Below are positions 24,379 to 35,938 of a stretch of 64,000 nucleotides of DNA, piece by piece (the stretch's first letter is position 1; the number at the start of each line of letters is the position of its first letter). The DNA lies in the NCBI RefSeq assembly GCF_000372725.1, contig NW_005201392.1, positions 925,620 through 989,619 of the forward strand, read 5' to 3'. A program made the position numbers and the translations under genes. The stretch comes from Emiliania huxleyi CCMP1516 (taxonomy: Eukaryota). Below the pieces are notes generated by a model. It had not been told where the DNA came from and did no database searches. It saw only the letters and a program-made list of their open reading frames with translations.

Positions 24379-25500
24379 CGCAGAGCGGTGTTTGGCGACG
24401 TATGGAGAAGGGTCACGACAATGGTCGGAATGTCGATTGGAAGTGGAGAGCGCGCGAGGAAGAGTCGCCCGCGCTGCCTTTTTTTTACGAGGTTCTCTCG
24501 TCTCGAGGTTGTTCGAGGGGGATATCCTTTGGCCGCGTTGGGTAGCGAGGATTGGTGTGACGCGATCCACGCAGGCGTGTTTTCTGACGGCCGACCGACC
24601 GTCAGTGCACGGAGTTGCCCCTTCTCCGACTGCCCCGGCTAGTTCCCGAGGTCGTCGGGTGTGACCCCTCCCTGCCTGCGTCCCCCGCCCGAGACCTAGC
24701 GCGGGTGGGTTGGAGGGGGCTCGCTGCAAGGAAAGGCGGTGTAAGAAGCCAATCCCCGTAGTCCGCCCCGCTCCTCCCCATCGGGCCGCATAAGCGGCCA
24801 CGCCTCGCAGATTCGTTTCTCGCGCCTGGGTCAGGCGCGCGGGGCATCCCCCGGGTCTGCAGCTGCTGTCGAGCCGAGGCGGCGGCAGCCGCCGCAGCTG
24901 CACCGCCTCCCGTCGCGCCGCGGTCGCCGCTCCCTCAGCGCCGTCTCCGCGTCGTCACCCGCCGTAGCTTCTCCTCCGCCGCCGCTGCCCGCCCCCGAGA
25001 GTGCGGCGGCGGTGTGAGTGGTATAGTCAGGGTATAGTGCAAGGGAGGCGTGTGTGCGTGTCTGCCGCAGATTGCTGCCGTTGTCTGCGCCGCGATCCGC
25101 CGCCGCGGGCGCCGCCGCGCCGCCGCCGCCTGCGCTCGCCGCCGCCTCGTAGACGACTCCTCTCCGGAGAGCCGCGCAGCGGGCCGCGAGGTTGAGGTCA
25201 GAGAGCAGCAGGGTTGAGATCACAAAATCGGCCAATTTTGAGGTTGCTCGAGAGAGCCTGGAAATGGTCCCGCGCCGTAGCCCCGGTGCCGGCGCATCAC
25301 GTCTCAGCCGCGAGGGGCCGGTTCTGCCGCGCAGTCGAGCAGCAGGAGGCCAGGAGCTCAGGGGCAACTTTGATCTTTGTCGACAAACCGGTTTCGGCGA
25401 AGACTTACGAGGACACCGATCCGAACGAATTTTTCGACTGCCTTTTTTCGGAAGGTGCCGCAATGTATGCAGAAAGGAGAGGGGGGGAAAGGGAGATTTA

Positions 25501-25825
25501 CTTGGAGCACTTGGCGGCAAGACTTGCTTGGGAGTGCGGTCATCAACCTCACATCCAGGGCCGGGGAGCTATGAATGAATGAAGCGCCACCCCCAGACAA
25601 AAACAAAACATCTCTGACTCTCTCTCCCTAGCTCTCTCCCACCCAGCGGGCCGATGATCGCGGCATCGGGCTGCGGCCTAGAGAGCCCTCCCTGACTGAC
25701 CCTGTGGGGTGCGCGGTCGCAGGGCAGGGGTTATAGAATCTTACAACAAAGCTCCCGGGGATTTAGTAGCTTAACACGGGGTCCCGTACCGCGCGGAATC
25801 GACCCTATCCAGTGCTCAAGTGCTC
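25501..25825 (+). mobile_element. Putative complete short GAGCAC element (MITE-like)
   Basis: Left-end motif CTTGGAGCACTTGG...CCTCACATCCAGGGCCGGGGAGCTA and right end ...CCAGTGCTCAAGTGCTC form imperfect inverted termini. Confidence 0.6.
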
Positions 25826-25970
25826 AACACGGTGCGGCTGGGGGCCCCGGGGGTGTGGGCGCTCGGCGCTTTGACCACCCAAGACAGCTTGGAGAGCTCC
25901 CGGTCCCGCAACATTTCGTAACGATTGTCGCTATTGGCCATCTGCCTCCTTCTCTCTCCTTCTTCTACAA

Positions 25971-26844
25971 ATGTCGTCGGCACCGACGGAGCCCGACGTT
26001 GTTGTGACCGGTTTCGTGAGCCCGGGACCGGCGCCTCCGCCCTCGAGCGAGAAGAAGAACGGCAAGGCGAAGAAGACGCTCGCCGACATCCGTGGCTTCT
26101 GCGACCTGCCGGCGTCCACGACCGCAACCATCGCCACTGGCGGCATGGGCAAGAAGAAGGGCAAGCCGATCGAGGCAAAGATCCACCAGGCCGTCCACCA
26201 GAAGAACGATAAGGTGGGCCAGCTCACGGGCCGCGCCATGTACATCGTCAATCCGGTGTATGATGACAACGCGGCGTTCAAACAGCTCATGAGCGACAAG
26301 TTCTACCAGAACCCGCGCTACTTCAAGGACCTCGGATGTGGGCGGTCCGCGCGCCGAGCAAGGAACTGGCGGTGGTGATGCGCCTCACGCCGCCATCCTC
26401 GCCTCACCTAATCTCCGCACCACGGGCAAAGCGGCTCAACCCCGAGCTCGACGTCTCGCCCATGGACAACCCGGCCATCAAGCCACTCGAGTTCACGCTC
26501 GTCATGTCGGCGACGCAGTTTGAGACGAAGGAGAAGGGCCTGCTCCCGCCCTCGCTCGTCATGATGGGCAAGAACACGTATACGAAGTCAAGGACTACGT
26601 CAAGGCCAAGTTCCCCACGGTCGACTACGTGGACCTCGTCTTCCCCGGCCCGGAGGGCCCGAAGAGCATCATCAAGACAGCCTGTGGGTGCTTCCCATCG
26701 CCGCCCAAACCGCCTGGACTGGCACCCTCGAGGTGGATCTCGAGTTCTCGACGCGGAGGACGACGACAGCGACGAGAGGAGGACAAGCAGGACGGCAACG
26801 CGCTCTTCGACGACGAGGCTGAGGAGGAGGAGAAGGAGGAGTAG
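25971..26844 (+). pseudogene. Frameshifted intronless gene of unknown function with acidic C-terminus
   Basis: Protein-like sequence continues across ORFs 25971-26378, 26336- and 26629-26844 through several frameshifts. Confidence 0.55.
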
Positions 26845-26852
26845 GATTCGGC

Positions 26853-27250
26853 GTGGCGCGTCTACTTCCTGCGAGACGAGAGCGGTCGGAGGACTCTTAC
26901 GTCGGCGCGAGCCCCGGACCCCGTGGCCGACGACTGCGCCAGCACAACGGCGAGCTCTCGGGAGGTGGCGCGCCCGCCGCGGGACGGCCGTGGCGCATTC
27001 TGCTCGTTGTGCGCGGCTTCTCCTCGAAAAGCGATGCGCTCGCTTTCGAGTGGGCGTGGCAGAAGCCGCACACGAGCCGGCACATTGCGCGACAGCGGGG
27101 TGTGTGTGAACGCCATAGGAGGTATTTTCTTCTCAATAACAAGGCTGTGAAGGGGTTCGGGAAGTGCGGCACGCGGTCAAAAGTGTCGGTGCGGTTAGCG
27201 GCGCTCGCGCGCTGCTCGTGCACGGCCATTGGGCCGCGTGTGCGCTTCAT
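26853..27250 (+). pseudogene. SLX1-like GIY-YIG endonuclease remnant
   Basis: WRVYFLR (different frame) then YVG...RRLRQHNGELSGG...RPW...GF...ALAFEWAWQKP. Confidence 0.8.
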
Positions 27251-28732
27251 GTCCGTGTGTGTGCTCCCGAGGAGTGTGGAGAGGCGTTGCGGGACGTCCG
27301 CCGCGCCGCCGCGGGGCTCACGTGCGGACCGCCGTGAAGCGAGTTCTTTGACTTTGATGTCGCGCATGTGCATGCACATGCTCATGCACATGCACATGCA
27401 CATGCACATGTCGGGAGACTGATGGGTCAAAAGCACAACTCGTCAATCGACACGTCGCGCGCCGATCCGCACACCGAGGTTCTTGGTTGGCGCGGCCCAT
27501 TCACGTAAACGCACAACCCCGGACCCGATTCACACAAAAACACCCCAACCAAAGTAAGACGCCCCGCCGTGGTCCAGGAGCCAGACTTCCTAAGACGCCG
27601 GCTCACCATTCCTGCGATGAAGGGCACGCACCGGACCTGGTATCGCTCAGACTATCGGCCGCCTCCGCGCCCCGCCCGGCCCGCCCTTCCGCTCGCCGCC
27701 ATTCCGCCGGCCGCCCTCGCCGCCATTCCCGGCCGCAACTCTCGCGCGCAGACGCGGGGGCCTTGGGGGGTCGGGTTCAAGGGGCGTAGGCGGCGGCGCA
27801 AGTGCTGGCGGCCGACGAGCGCGGCCTACAGCCGGCGCGCCTACAGCTTGCGCCACGCCGCCACCCCGTCCCTCGCCTCCCCCTTCAACCTCATCCCGTA
27901 CGGCAGCAATCTCCCTTCGGACGGAGGGGAGCCGGCCGACTGCGACAACCTGGGGTGGCTCGACCCGTGGGGCACGATGCTAGGCGAAGACCTCGCCGCC
28001 CCCCCGCGGGCGGCCGACGAGGCGGAGCCCGAAGCGGCCTTCTGAAAAGGGAGCGCGCAGAGACGACCCTCTCCTCCCCCCCCTTCTTCCGGGCCTTCGT
28101 CTCGGGGCCCTCGATCCGGACCCTTTCTTCCGGGCTCGCCCCCCCGCCCCCGCCAGCCCCACGCGCGGTGGCATCAGGGCGCGCGCTACCCGTCACAGGC
28201 TTCACGGAGGCCTCCTTCGGCCAGAAGCCAGTCGGCGGGTGCCGCGCCTTGCGGGCGTGCAGCGTCTCCCCCCTCTGCGCCCTTCTACGCGAGGGGAGGA
28301 GGTGAGCAGAGCGCTCGCGCCCTGCCCGCTGCCCGCGTGCCGCCTCGCCTCCCCGAAGTGCGGTGCGCTTCCCGGTGGGCTGACCCACCTCCGTTGCTTT
28401 TGCAGCCTGCCACGCGCCGGCCAGAGCGTGGAGCCCGCCGGCTGGCTTCTGCCTCGCCAAACGGGACGACGCCGCGCCGCCCGCCCGCCCGCCGCCAACC
28501 AGCAGCTTTGGGACGCCTCGAAGCCAGGGCACGGTGGCCTCCCGGCCAGCGCGCCGCGCCGCGGGAGAGTGCTGGCCTTTTGCGAGTCTTGGATAGCCTT
28601 AAGGGTTTAAATTTCTTTTAACAAAAGAAAAAAACGGCAACAGGGGTTGGTGAACCACGAACTAAATTTCTTCTCCTCCGGCACCACGGCCCGTACTGCA
28701 CGACGCCGCCTCGAGACGCAAGCGTCCTCGAG

Positions 28733-31180
28733 ATGGCGGACAAGAAGGCCGCGCCTCGCCGCTTCGCTCCCAACCTGAACGCACGGCGCGACAAGAAGGA
28801 GCGCGACGCGAGCCACGCCCTCCACCGGCTGCTGTATGACGGCTCTGAGGCTGCTGAGGCTCAAAGCACCGGCAGAGGCAGGGGCGGCCGCGGCAAGGGC
28901 GACGGCCGCGGCAAGGGCGACGGCCGCGGAGGCAGTTCGAGCGGCGCCAGCAGCGGCCGAGGCGGGATCCAAGGAGGCGTCGGCGGAAATGCCGGCGGTG
29001 CCGGTAGCCCCCGGCGCAGCGGTGCCGCCGCAGCCTCCTCGTCCGCTGCAGCCGCCTCCTCCTCTGCCGACCTTTCGCGGACCGGCGGCTACCAGCTCAA
29101 GACGATCAAGATCGAGGAGGACGAGGTCGACGACCCCGGTGGTCGCGCGAGCGGTCGCGCGAGCGCCGACATCGAAGACGGCGCCAGCCACACGCCCGGC
29201 GGAGCGGAAGCTCGCCTGCCCCGCGGCGTTGGGGGAGGGAAGGGAGTGACGCCTCCGCGCTGTGTCCCACCCCGCAGGGCCGGCGTCATCGGAGTGGCTC
29301 CTCGGCACGGACGCCCCGATCGCGCTGCCGCTGCGCCCGTCTGCGGCCGCCCTCGCGCGCACTCCTGCCACCGCCGCTGAGGTCAGACCGCCGACTATTT
29401 CTAGAAATGGTCTGACTCGCCACCGCCACCGTCTATTTCCCCATCACCGCCTCGCCCATCCTCCTCGCCATCGCCACCGCCACCATCTGTGTCCCCTTGC
29501 CCACTGCCTGGGGACACGATTCGTTCTGTGTCCGCGTGCGTGTGTCAGAGAGAGAGAGAGAGGCAGCGGGTCGAGGCTGGAGCTCCTCAGCTTAATTAGT
29601 TAATTAGTTAATTAGTTAATTAGTCGAGGCTGGAGCTCCTCAGCGACGCAAGGTGGTCAGCGGCACTGGTCGAAGCTAGGCCCCTGCCAAGGCCCCCTTC
29701 CCGGCTGGCTCTGCCGCTGCGGCGATGCTCTGCGACGAGGCGACACTTCCTAGACCCTTCCTAGACCCTTAGACCCTTCCTAGACACTGCGAAGACACTT
29801 CCCAGAGGATGCTCTGCGACGAGGCGACACTTCCTAGACCCTTCCTAGACCCTTAGACCCTTCCTAGACACTGCGAAGACACTTCCCAGAGGATGCTCTG
29901 CGACGAGGCGACACTTCCTAGACCCTTCCTAGACCCTTAGACCCTTCCTAGACACTGCGAAGACACTTCCCAGAGGATGCTCTGCGACGAGGCGACACTT
30001 CCTAGACCCTTCCTAGACCCTTAGACCCTTCCTAGACACTGCGAAGACACTTCCCAGAGGATGCTCTGCGACGAGGCGACACTTCCTAGACCCTTCCTAG
30101 ACCCTTCCTAGACCCTTCCTAGACCCTTCCTAGACCCTTCCTAGACCCTTCCTAGACCCTTCCTAGACCCTTCCTAGACCCTTCCTAGACCCTTCCTAGA
30201 CCCTTCCTAGACCCTTCCTAGACCCTTCCTAGACAGGCGGGGGCGCCGCTGGGGGCGAGCAAGCCCTCCAGGGCGCCGGCCTGAGTGGGCGGGCAGCTGC
30301 TCTTCCTGTAGGCGGGGACACTTCCTAGACACTTCCTAGACTCTTCCTGTAGGCGGGGGCGCTGGTCGGCGAAGGAGGCAGCAAGCTCCTCTTCCTGCAG
30401 CGGCTGTCTAGGAAGTGTCTAGGAAGTGTCTAGGAAGTGTCTAGGCAGCAAGCTCCTCTTCCTGCAACTGCCGACCGCGCTGCCTCTCCCCAAGCCGTCG
30501 GCGGGCGGCGGCGGCGAGTCCCCCCCCCCCCGTCCCCCCAGGCCGGGTGGCTGCCTTGTGACACGTCCGGGACATGTCCCGGAGTGTGTCCCCACAGGCG
30601 ACCCCCCGCCCGTCAAGGCGAGCGAGTTCCTCGCCGCTCTCTCGCACGCCAGCGACTACGCCGACCCCGCCGCCGACACCGGCCTCGCGACCGCCAGGCG
30701 AGATGAGCCCGAGATGAGCCCGAGATGAGCCCGAGAGCTATCGCCGCCAAACCGAAACCGCGGTCCGCCACCGAACCGACACCCGGTCACCACAGGCAGC
30801 TCTTTGACGACGACGCGGCGGCGGCGGGCTTGCGGGGCGAGGTGGAGGTGTACCGCTCGGGCAAGGTGGTGCTGCGCGTGGGCGGCGTCGGCCTCACCGT
30901 CCAGCCGGGCGCCGCCTGCTCCTTTGAGCAGGAGCTCGCATGCCTCGTCCCCGCCGCCGCCCCTGCGAAGGCGCCCGCGCCCGGGGACGACGACGAGGAG
31001 CCGCCGCCGCCGGTCGACCTGCACCGGGTCGGGCGGGTGCACCAGCGGCTCGTCGTGACGCCGGATGTGCCCGCGCTCCTCGAGCAGGTGAGGGAGGAGA
31101 GGAGGGCGGTCGCGGCCGCGCCCCCCAGCTTGCCTGCCGCCGCCCTTGCCAAGCCCAAGGTCAAGGCCGGACGGCCGTGA
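28733..31180 (+). CDS. RPC4: RNA polymerase III subunit RPC4 (C53), multi-exon
   Basis: N-terminal RRFAPNL; LLFLQLP; GEVEVYRSGKVVLRVG...VQPG...FEQEL...RLVVTPD matches the Rpc4 domain. Confidence 0.85.
29724..30234 (+). repeat. Intronic array: 84-bp unit x4 followed by (CCCTTCCTAGA)n
   Basis: Units start at 29724, 29808, 29892, 29976 and 30060 (partial); about 13 copies of the 11-mer follow. Confidence 0.92.
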
Positions 31181-31960
31181 TTGTGAACGGGAGTACACCG
31201 CACAACGCAAAATGCAACGACGGAATTGACGGAATTTTTTCGTAGATCAACCATTTCAGCGCCTTTCCCCCCCCTGCCCGCGTGCCCTCTCGCCGCTCTC
31301 CTCTCCACACCACCGACACTCGCGCACGGACCGCAGTCAGCTCAGAGTCAAGACACGGAGCCGTCGGCTTTATTTAGCACAGCTACGTGTGTGGCGTATA
31401 CGTCTCGGTGCACGGGGTAAATAAATAAATAAATAAATAAATAAAAACGGACACCTCTACTGTGAGATGGGTAAAAAGGAACAGGTCCCCGCCCTTGCGA
31501 TCTTTGTGCAGGGTTCTTTGTGGCACGGGGTGGAACTTAGGCTGTAGTCCGCATGTTTCCTCGCGCACACCCCGTCTCGTTTCCTTTCCGTATTTCTCCA
31601 CAGCACCCTCTCGTTTCCTCTCTAGTTTCCCGAGGAAACTCCGTGGAAATCAGCTGGTTTGGGCCCCAAATCAGCCAAATCGGCAAAATACCGGGTTATT
31701 TTGCCGATTTCCTCGGTTTCGCCTCAGATTTTGGTTTTTGCCCCAGACCAGCTCTCAGACTCGGGGAAACTCGAGAGTTGCCAGAATGGAGCACCAAACA
31801 TCCTCTAGTTTCCCTGGAAATTTCCGGAAACGCAAAGACCAAAGTGCTGGGGACCCTCTCGTTTCCTTTTTGGTTTCCGGAAAAATGGATAAAGGTGGAA
31901 CCTGGAACGTGTGTGCGTGCTGCGACCTGCGTGTGCGTCCACTACACGTAATACGACGAG

Positions 31961-32036
31961 GCACTTGGAGCACTTGGAGTGCAGTCATTAGCCTCACATC
32001 CAGGGCCGGGGAGCTAAGAAGCGCACCCAGCGGGCC
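31961..32036 (+). repeat. Left end of GAGCAC dispersed element
   Basis: ~76 bp nearly identical to 34884-34959. Confidence 0.85.
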
Positions 32037-32160
32037 GGAGGCCATCTGCATCTCACATCTGTGCATCGTCAGGGGCGGCCGTTGGATTGTGCCGGCAAAC
32101 TCCATTGATGAGCTGCATCCCGGTTGAAACATGCGGTGACACGCAGTGACACGACACGAA

Positions 32161-34554
32161 ATGAGTGCGAGCATCGTGCGGTGCGAGCGGCAGGGCACAG
32201 TGGTCGTGACCGCGGTGACGCTGCCCCCTTACTGTGCGGCAGCTCACGAGCTAGGCGCCTCCGCCGATGCTAATGGCGTTGCGCCGTGCATCGTCGTCTC
32301 AGCTTCGCTCAGCGCCAGCTGCCGCGAAGGTGCCCACGTGTCGCTGCATGAGGATGCGTGGGCCGGTTGGGCTCCGTCTCGCCGATGCGACTCGCCGCGC
32401 TGCGAGTGGCCCTGCGGGTATAGGCAGGTGTGGGTGCTCAAGACGCGCCTGGTCAGCGAAGTGCTCACCTCCGGCCGTGATGCACTTGTGGTGGATGCAG
32501 ACTGGCGCTTTGTCGCGAGCCCGCTATCATTCTATCGATCGCTGCCGCGCGTTGCCATCATCGGCCTGGCGGATCGGCCCACTGCCGAGGGGCATCTGAT
32601 CAACTTCGGCCTCATGCTCATCCGTAGCGTACTTTCGACCCGCCGGCTCTTTAAGCGCGTCGCCAACCGCAGTGTTGTCGGTGAGTGCCCTTGCGACTGG
32701 AGCTTTGGTTGCTCTGCTCCGGCTCTCCGACCCTCCCTCTCTGCCCTGGTCTACCCAGGCTGGGACCAGCTCATTGCCAATGAAGAGCTATTGCTCTGGT
32801 CGGCGGACGGCGACTCCGACGCGGACTGCTGCGCCGCCAACCAGCAGCTCAGAGACTTCTTTCGGCGGGACGAGCGCAGCCATGCGCTCAAGGTGTGCTG
32901 ACCCATGATCCGAACCCCAGAGGCCCTCACCCTCTAGTCCTAACCCCGGGCCCTAACCTTGACTCGCACGTGTCCAAGGTGGCGTATCACCGCGAGGGCA
33001 GCCATTGGGTGAGCGGTCTAGGTCGAGTGGTCTAGACTGCCGCGCTGCTCTCACGGCACGTACAGACCAGAGCGCTCTCAGTCGCTAGTGCGTAGCCCCC
33101 TGAGATGACGCAATGCCGCGGTGGCAGGACAATATGCCATTCTGCGACGACCCCGGAGCCTACGGCGCGCTCGCACCGCCCCCGCTTGCCGCATCGCTCG
33201 CCTTTTCGCGATGGGAGCCAAACGCCTTCAACATGCACAAGCGCCGCCCGCGGCTGCGGTGTGCCAGCACAGCCTGCGGCCCTCCGCCCAATGTCGGTGC
33301 GGGGTCGCGCTCGGCGGGGACGGGGTCGGCGGCCGTGGACTCGGCCTCGGTGGCGCACACGGCGGGCATCGTGGCCGCGGCGCAGGGCGGGCCCAAGCTC
33401 CGCATCGTCGCCCACTACAAGTCTGGCTTCCTTTCCTCGTTCCAGCTCCTCGCCGCCGTCTGTTGCACGCCCCTCTCGGTCACCTCAACGCACAACGCCA
33501 CGGGGACTGGCGCAGCCAGCTGGCGCGCCTGCCGCCAGCAGTGCCCTCGCGTGCGCCAGATATCGCACGAGTTCAACCTCGGCGCACCTCTGCAGCCCCG
33601 CCAGACCGTGGTCCACTTCCTTCGACACCCCATCGACATGCTCGTCTCGGGCACCATGTGAGCTGCTCCGCCGCCAGGCGCCTCGCAATCAGCACCCCGG
33701 TGAGGCTCTCAGCCGCCGCTGCCGCCACAGGTATGCCCTGAATTGCGCCGAGAGCTGGATGCGCGTTTGGCCGCCGCCGAACGCGGATGCCGCCAAGTTG
33801 GCGTGGGGGGAGAGCTTCTACCCTGCATGGCTCCGCTCCTCTTCCGAGCAGACGGCGCGTTCGCCCCTCCGCTGGTCATCGGCTGCTGTACCTGGGCGCG
33901 CCGGGCAAGAGCGCGTCGGCGCGACTCTCGGCTCTCGGTGAAGTCGGTGTGTCGAGCTACACTAGGCACTACTGCAGTGCGCTCAGGATGCAGAGCAACA
34001 ACGCGCGAGGCATGCTCCTTCGAGAGGCGATGCGCTCCATGTTTAGCAAGGCGGGCATCGGCGCGATGGTGCGCGATTTCCTCTTGCTTGAGGCTCACAG
34101 CAGGAGCCGGTGCCGAACCGGAGCCACCCCGCCCTGACACTCTGACGATCGAGACCAAACGCCACCGGCACCCTAGGGTCATCAACGTGTGCACCAACGC
34201 GAGCTCGCCGCGGGTCGAGATGTCGGACACGCTCGCGTCGGCCCTAGCCGAGGCGCTTGAGAGCTCTAGGGCCGCTGCCATTCGACCTGCCTGACCGCCT
34301 CCTTGCGCTCGCAGGCGGCTAGCCTGAAGCCTTCGCAGCTGCGGCCGCCGCCCCTCGCCGAGCTCGAGCGGGGCTTGCGACATCACACCAGCAGGCCTTC
34401 CAGGCCTGTTGCAAGCAGGCGGGAGCTGGACGGGGACCTGAATCTGCCGACGACGGAAGAGATGGCCTCCCTGGCGCAGGAGGTGCTTTCCGCACACTTT
34501 CTGCCTGAGACGCTGCTCGCCCGATTCCCGTGTAAGAGCCAATACCTTAGCTGA
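32161..34554 (+). CDS. Nucleotide-diphospho-sugar transferase (GT77-like) followed by a sulfotransferase-like region, multi-exon
   Basis: KTRLV...GRDALVVDAD, INFGLMLIRS, WDQLIANEEL; downstream HYKSG and VVHFLRHPIDMLVSG; single-gene status and start uncertain. Confidence 0.55.
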
Positions 34555-34881
34555 ACCTAGGCTGCTTTCGTGCCCCCGGAGGGGAAGTTTTGTGACGAGC
34601 GATATATCTCGTAGAACATTGGATTGGAAACGACGCACCTGGGACCTTGCTCACCTGCCGACTTACGCGAGTAGCTCTTAGGGTGTCGAAATTTCCTCGT
34701 GGGACGTGAGAGGTGCGCACCACTGTGCGCGCCGCGAGGATGAGAGGAGCCTGAGCCAGGGGAGGATTGGGAAGGGGGGGGAGGCTGCCGGAGGAGTTTG
34801 TCGGCCTCTTCGACGGCCCTCGAGCGACGGCCCATAAGGGGCCGTCGGCGTCGCCTGAGACTGTGCCATTTGTCGATTTGT

Positions 34882-34993
34882 GAGCACTTGGAGCACTTGG
34901 AGTGCAGTTGGTAGCCTCACATCCAGGGCCGGGGAGCTAAGAAGCGCACCCAGCGGGCCAGATGCTCGGAGACGGGTTGCGGGCTAGAGAGCC
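34882..34993 (+). repeat. Left end of GAGCAC dispersed element
   Basis: GAGCACTTGGAGCACTTGGAGTGCAGT...CACCCAGCGGGCC...CTAGAGAGCC, also matching 25501-25687. Confidence 0.85.
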
Positions 34994-35006
34994 TGGAGGT
35001 TAGGTA

Positions 35007-35064
35007 AAGAAAGAAAGAAAGAAAACAGACAACCCAAGGGAGGGATGGGAGAACGTGGAGAACG
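35007..35064 (-). mobile_element. Short TTTC-tailed retroposed copy
   Basis: (GAAA)n plus CAACCCAAGGGAGGGATGGGAG; 13-bp TSD TGGAGGTTAGGTA (34994-35006 and 35065-35077). Confidence 0.85.
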
Positions 35065-35162
35065 TGGAGGTTAGGTAGGAGGTGAAGTGCGCGTCGAATT
35101 CTTTATCTCCGCAAGGACTGAGTCGCTGTAGAGTGCTTTGGTGCGGGGTGACTCGTTGTTGC

Positions 35163-35938
35163 ATGCCGGCCCAGTGGCTTTTGCTGGCGGCCCAGTCGCT
35201 TTTGCTGCTTCTCGGATGCTTGTCGGTCGACGCTCACTCGTTCAAGACTTGCACGAAAGCTGATCACGTGCGTGTACCGCTCGCGCGGAACAGACGTAGC
35301 TTCCGCCAGGTCGCATTGATCTACCGCAATCGATAGGTGCACGCTTCGCACCTGATCCTGGTGCCGGACGAGCCGGTGCCCGGGAAGGATGTCCACGTCA
35401 ATGTATCGGTCAAGCCCGACCTGGTCGTCACGGGCGGCACGGTCGGAATCCAGGCCTCTCTCTTTGGCGTCGCCGTGCCTGGCGGCGGCAAGGACTACAC
35501 CATCTGCCACGTCACCAAGTGTCCGGTCACCGCCGGCAAGAACGCGACCGTCACCCTCAGTTACCCACGTACGTGCGCCGGCTGCGCGCCGCTCCTCGCC
35601 GCCCTCCCTTGAATCTCTCCCCGCCCTGCCGCGCCGCCGCAGTCTCAAAGCTCATCCCTTCTGGCATCCGGCCGACGCTTCGTGTCGACGTCAAGGACGG
35701 GAGCGGCAAGGAGATCGGCTGCCTGGAGGTAGCCCCCCCCCCTCCCCCCCCCCCCCTCCCCCCGTGCCGCCCCTTCCCCCGACCCGACACCGTTGCTCCT
35801 CAGTTCGACGTCACCATCGGCAGCCGTGGCGCGAGTCTCAGCGACCACTCCAAGCGCCGCCTCGAGTTCGAGCGCGCTGTGGTGGAGGAGCCCGAGTGGC
35901 GTCCCGTCTACGAGGCGTGGAGACGGGAGGCCGCTTAA
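35163..35938 (+). CDS. ML-domain (NPC2/MD-2-like) lipid-binding protein, multi-exon
   Basis: Signal peptide, FKTC, PDEPVPG, IC...CPVTAG, DGSGKEIGCLE. Confidence 0.82.

Noticed and set aside
1394..25825. 48-bp inverted repeats 24 kb apart as TIRs of a giant transposon
   Set aside because: No TSD, the interval holds ordinary host genes, and both are better explained as ends of a dispersed short family.
27569..28045. 158-aa ORF downstream of the nuclease remnant
   Set aside because: No recognisable domain and an uncertain start.
32938..32958. CCCTAACC telomere-like motifs
   Set aside because: Only two isolated units, inside a probable intron.
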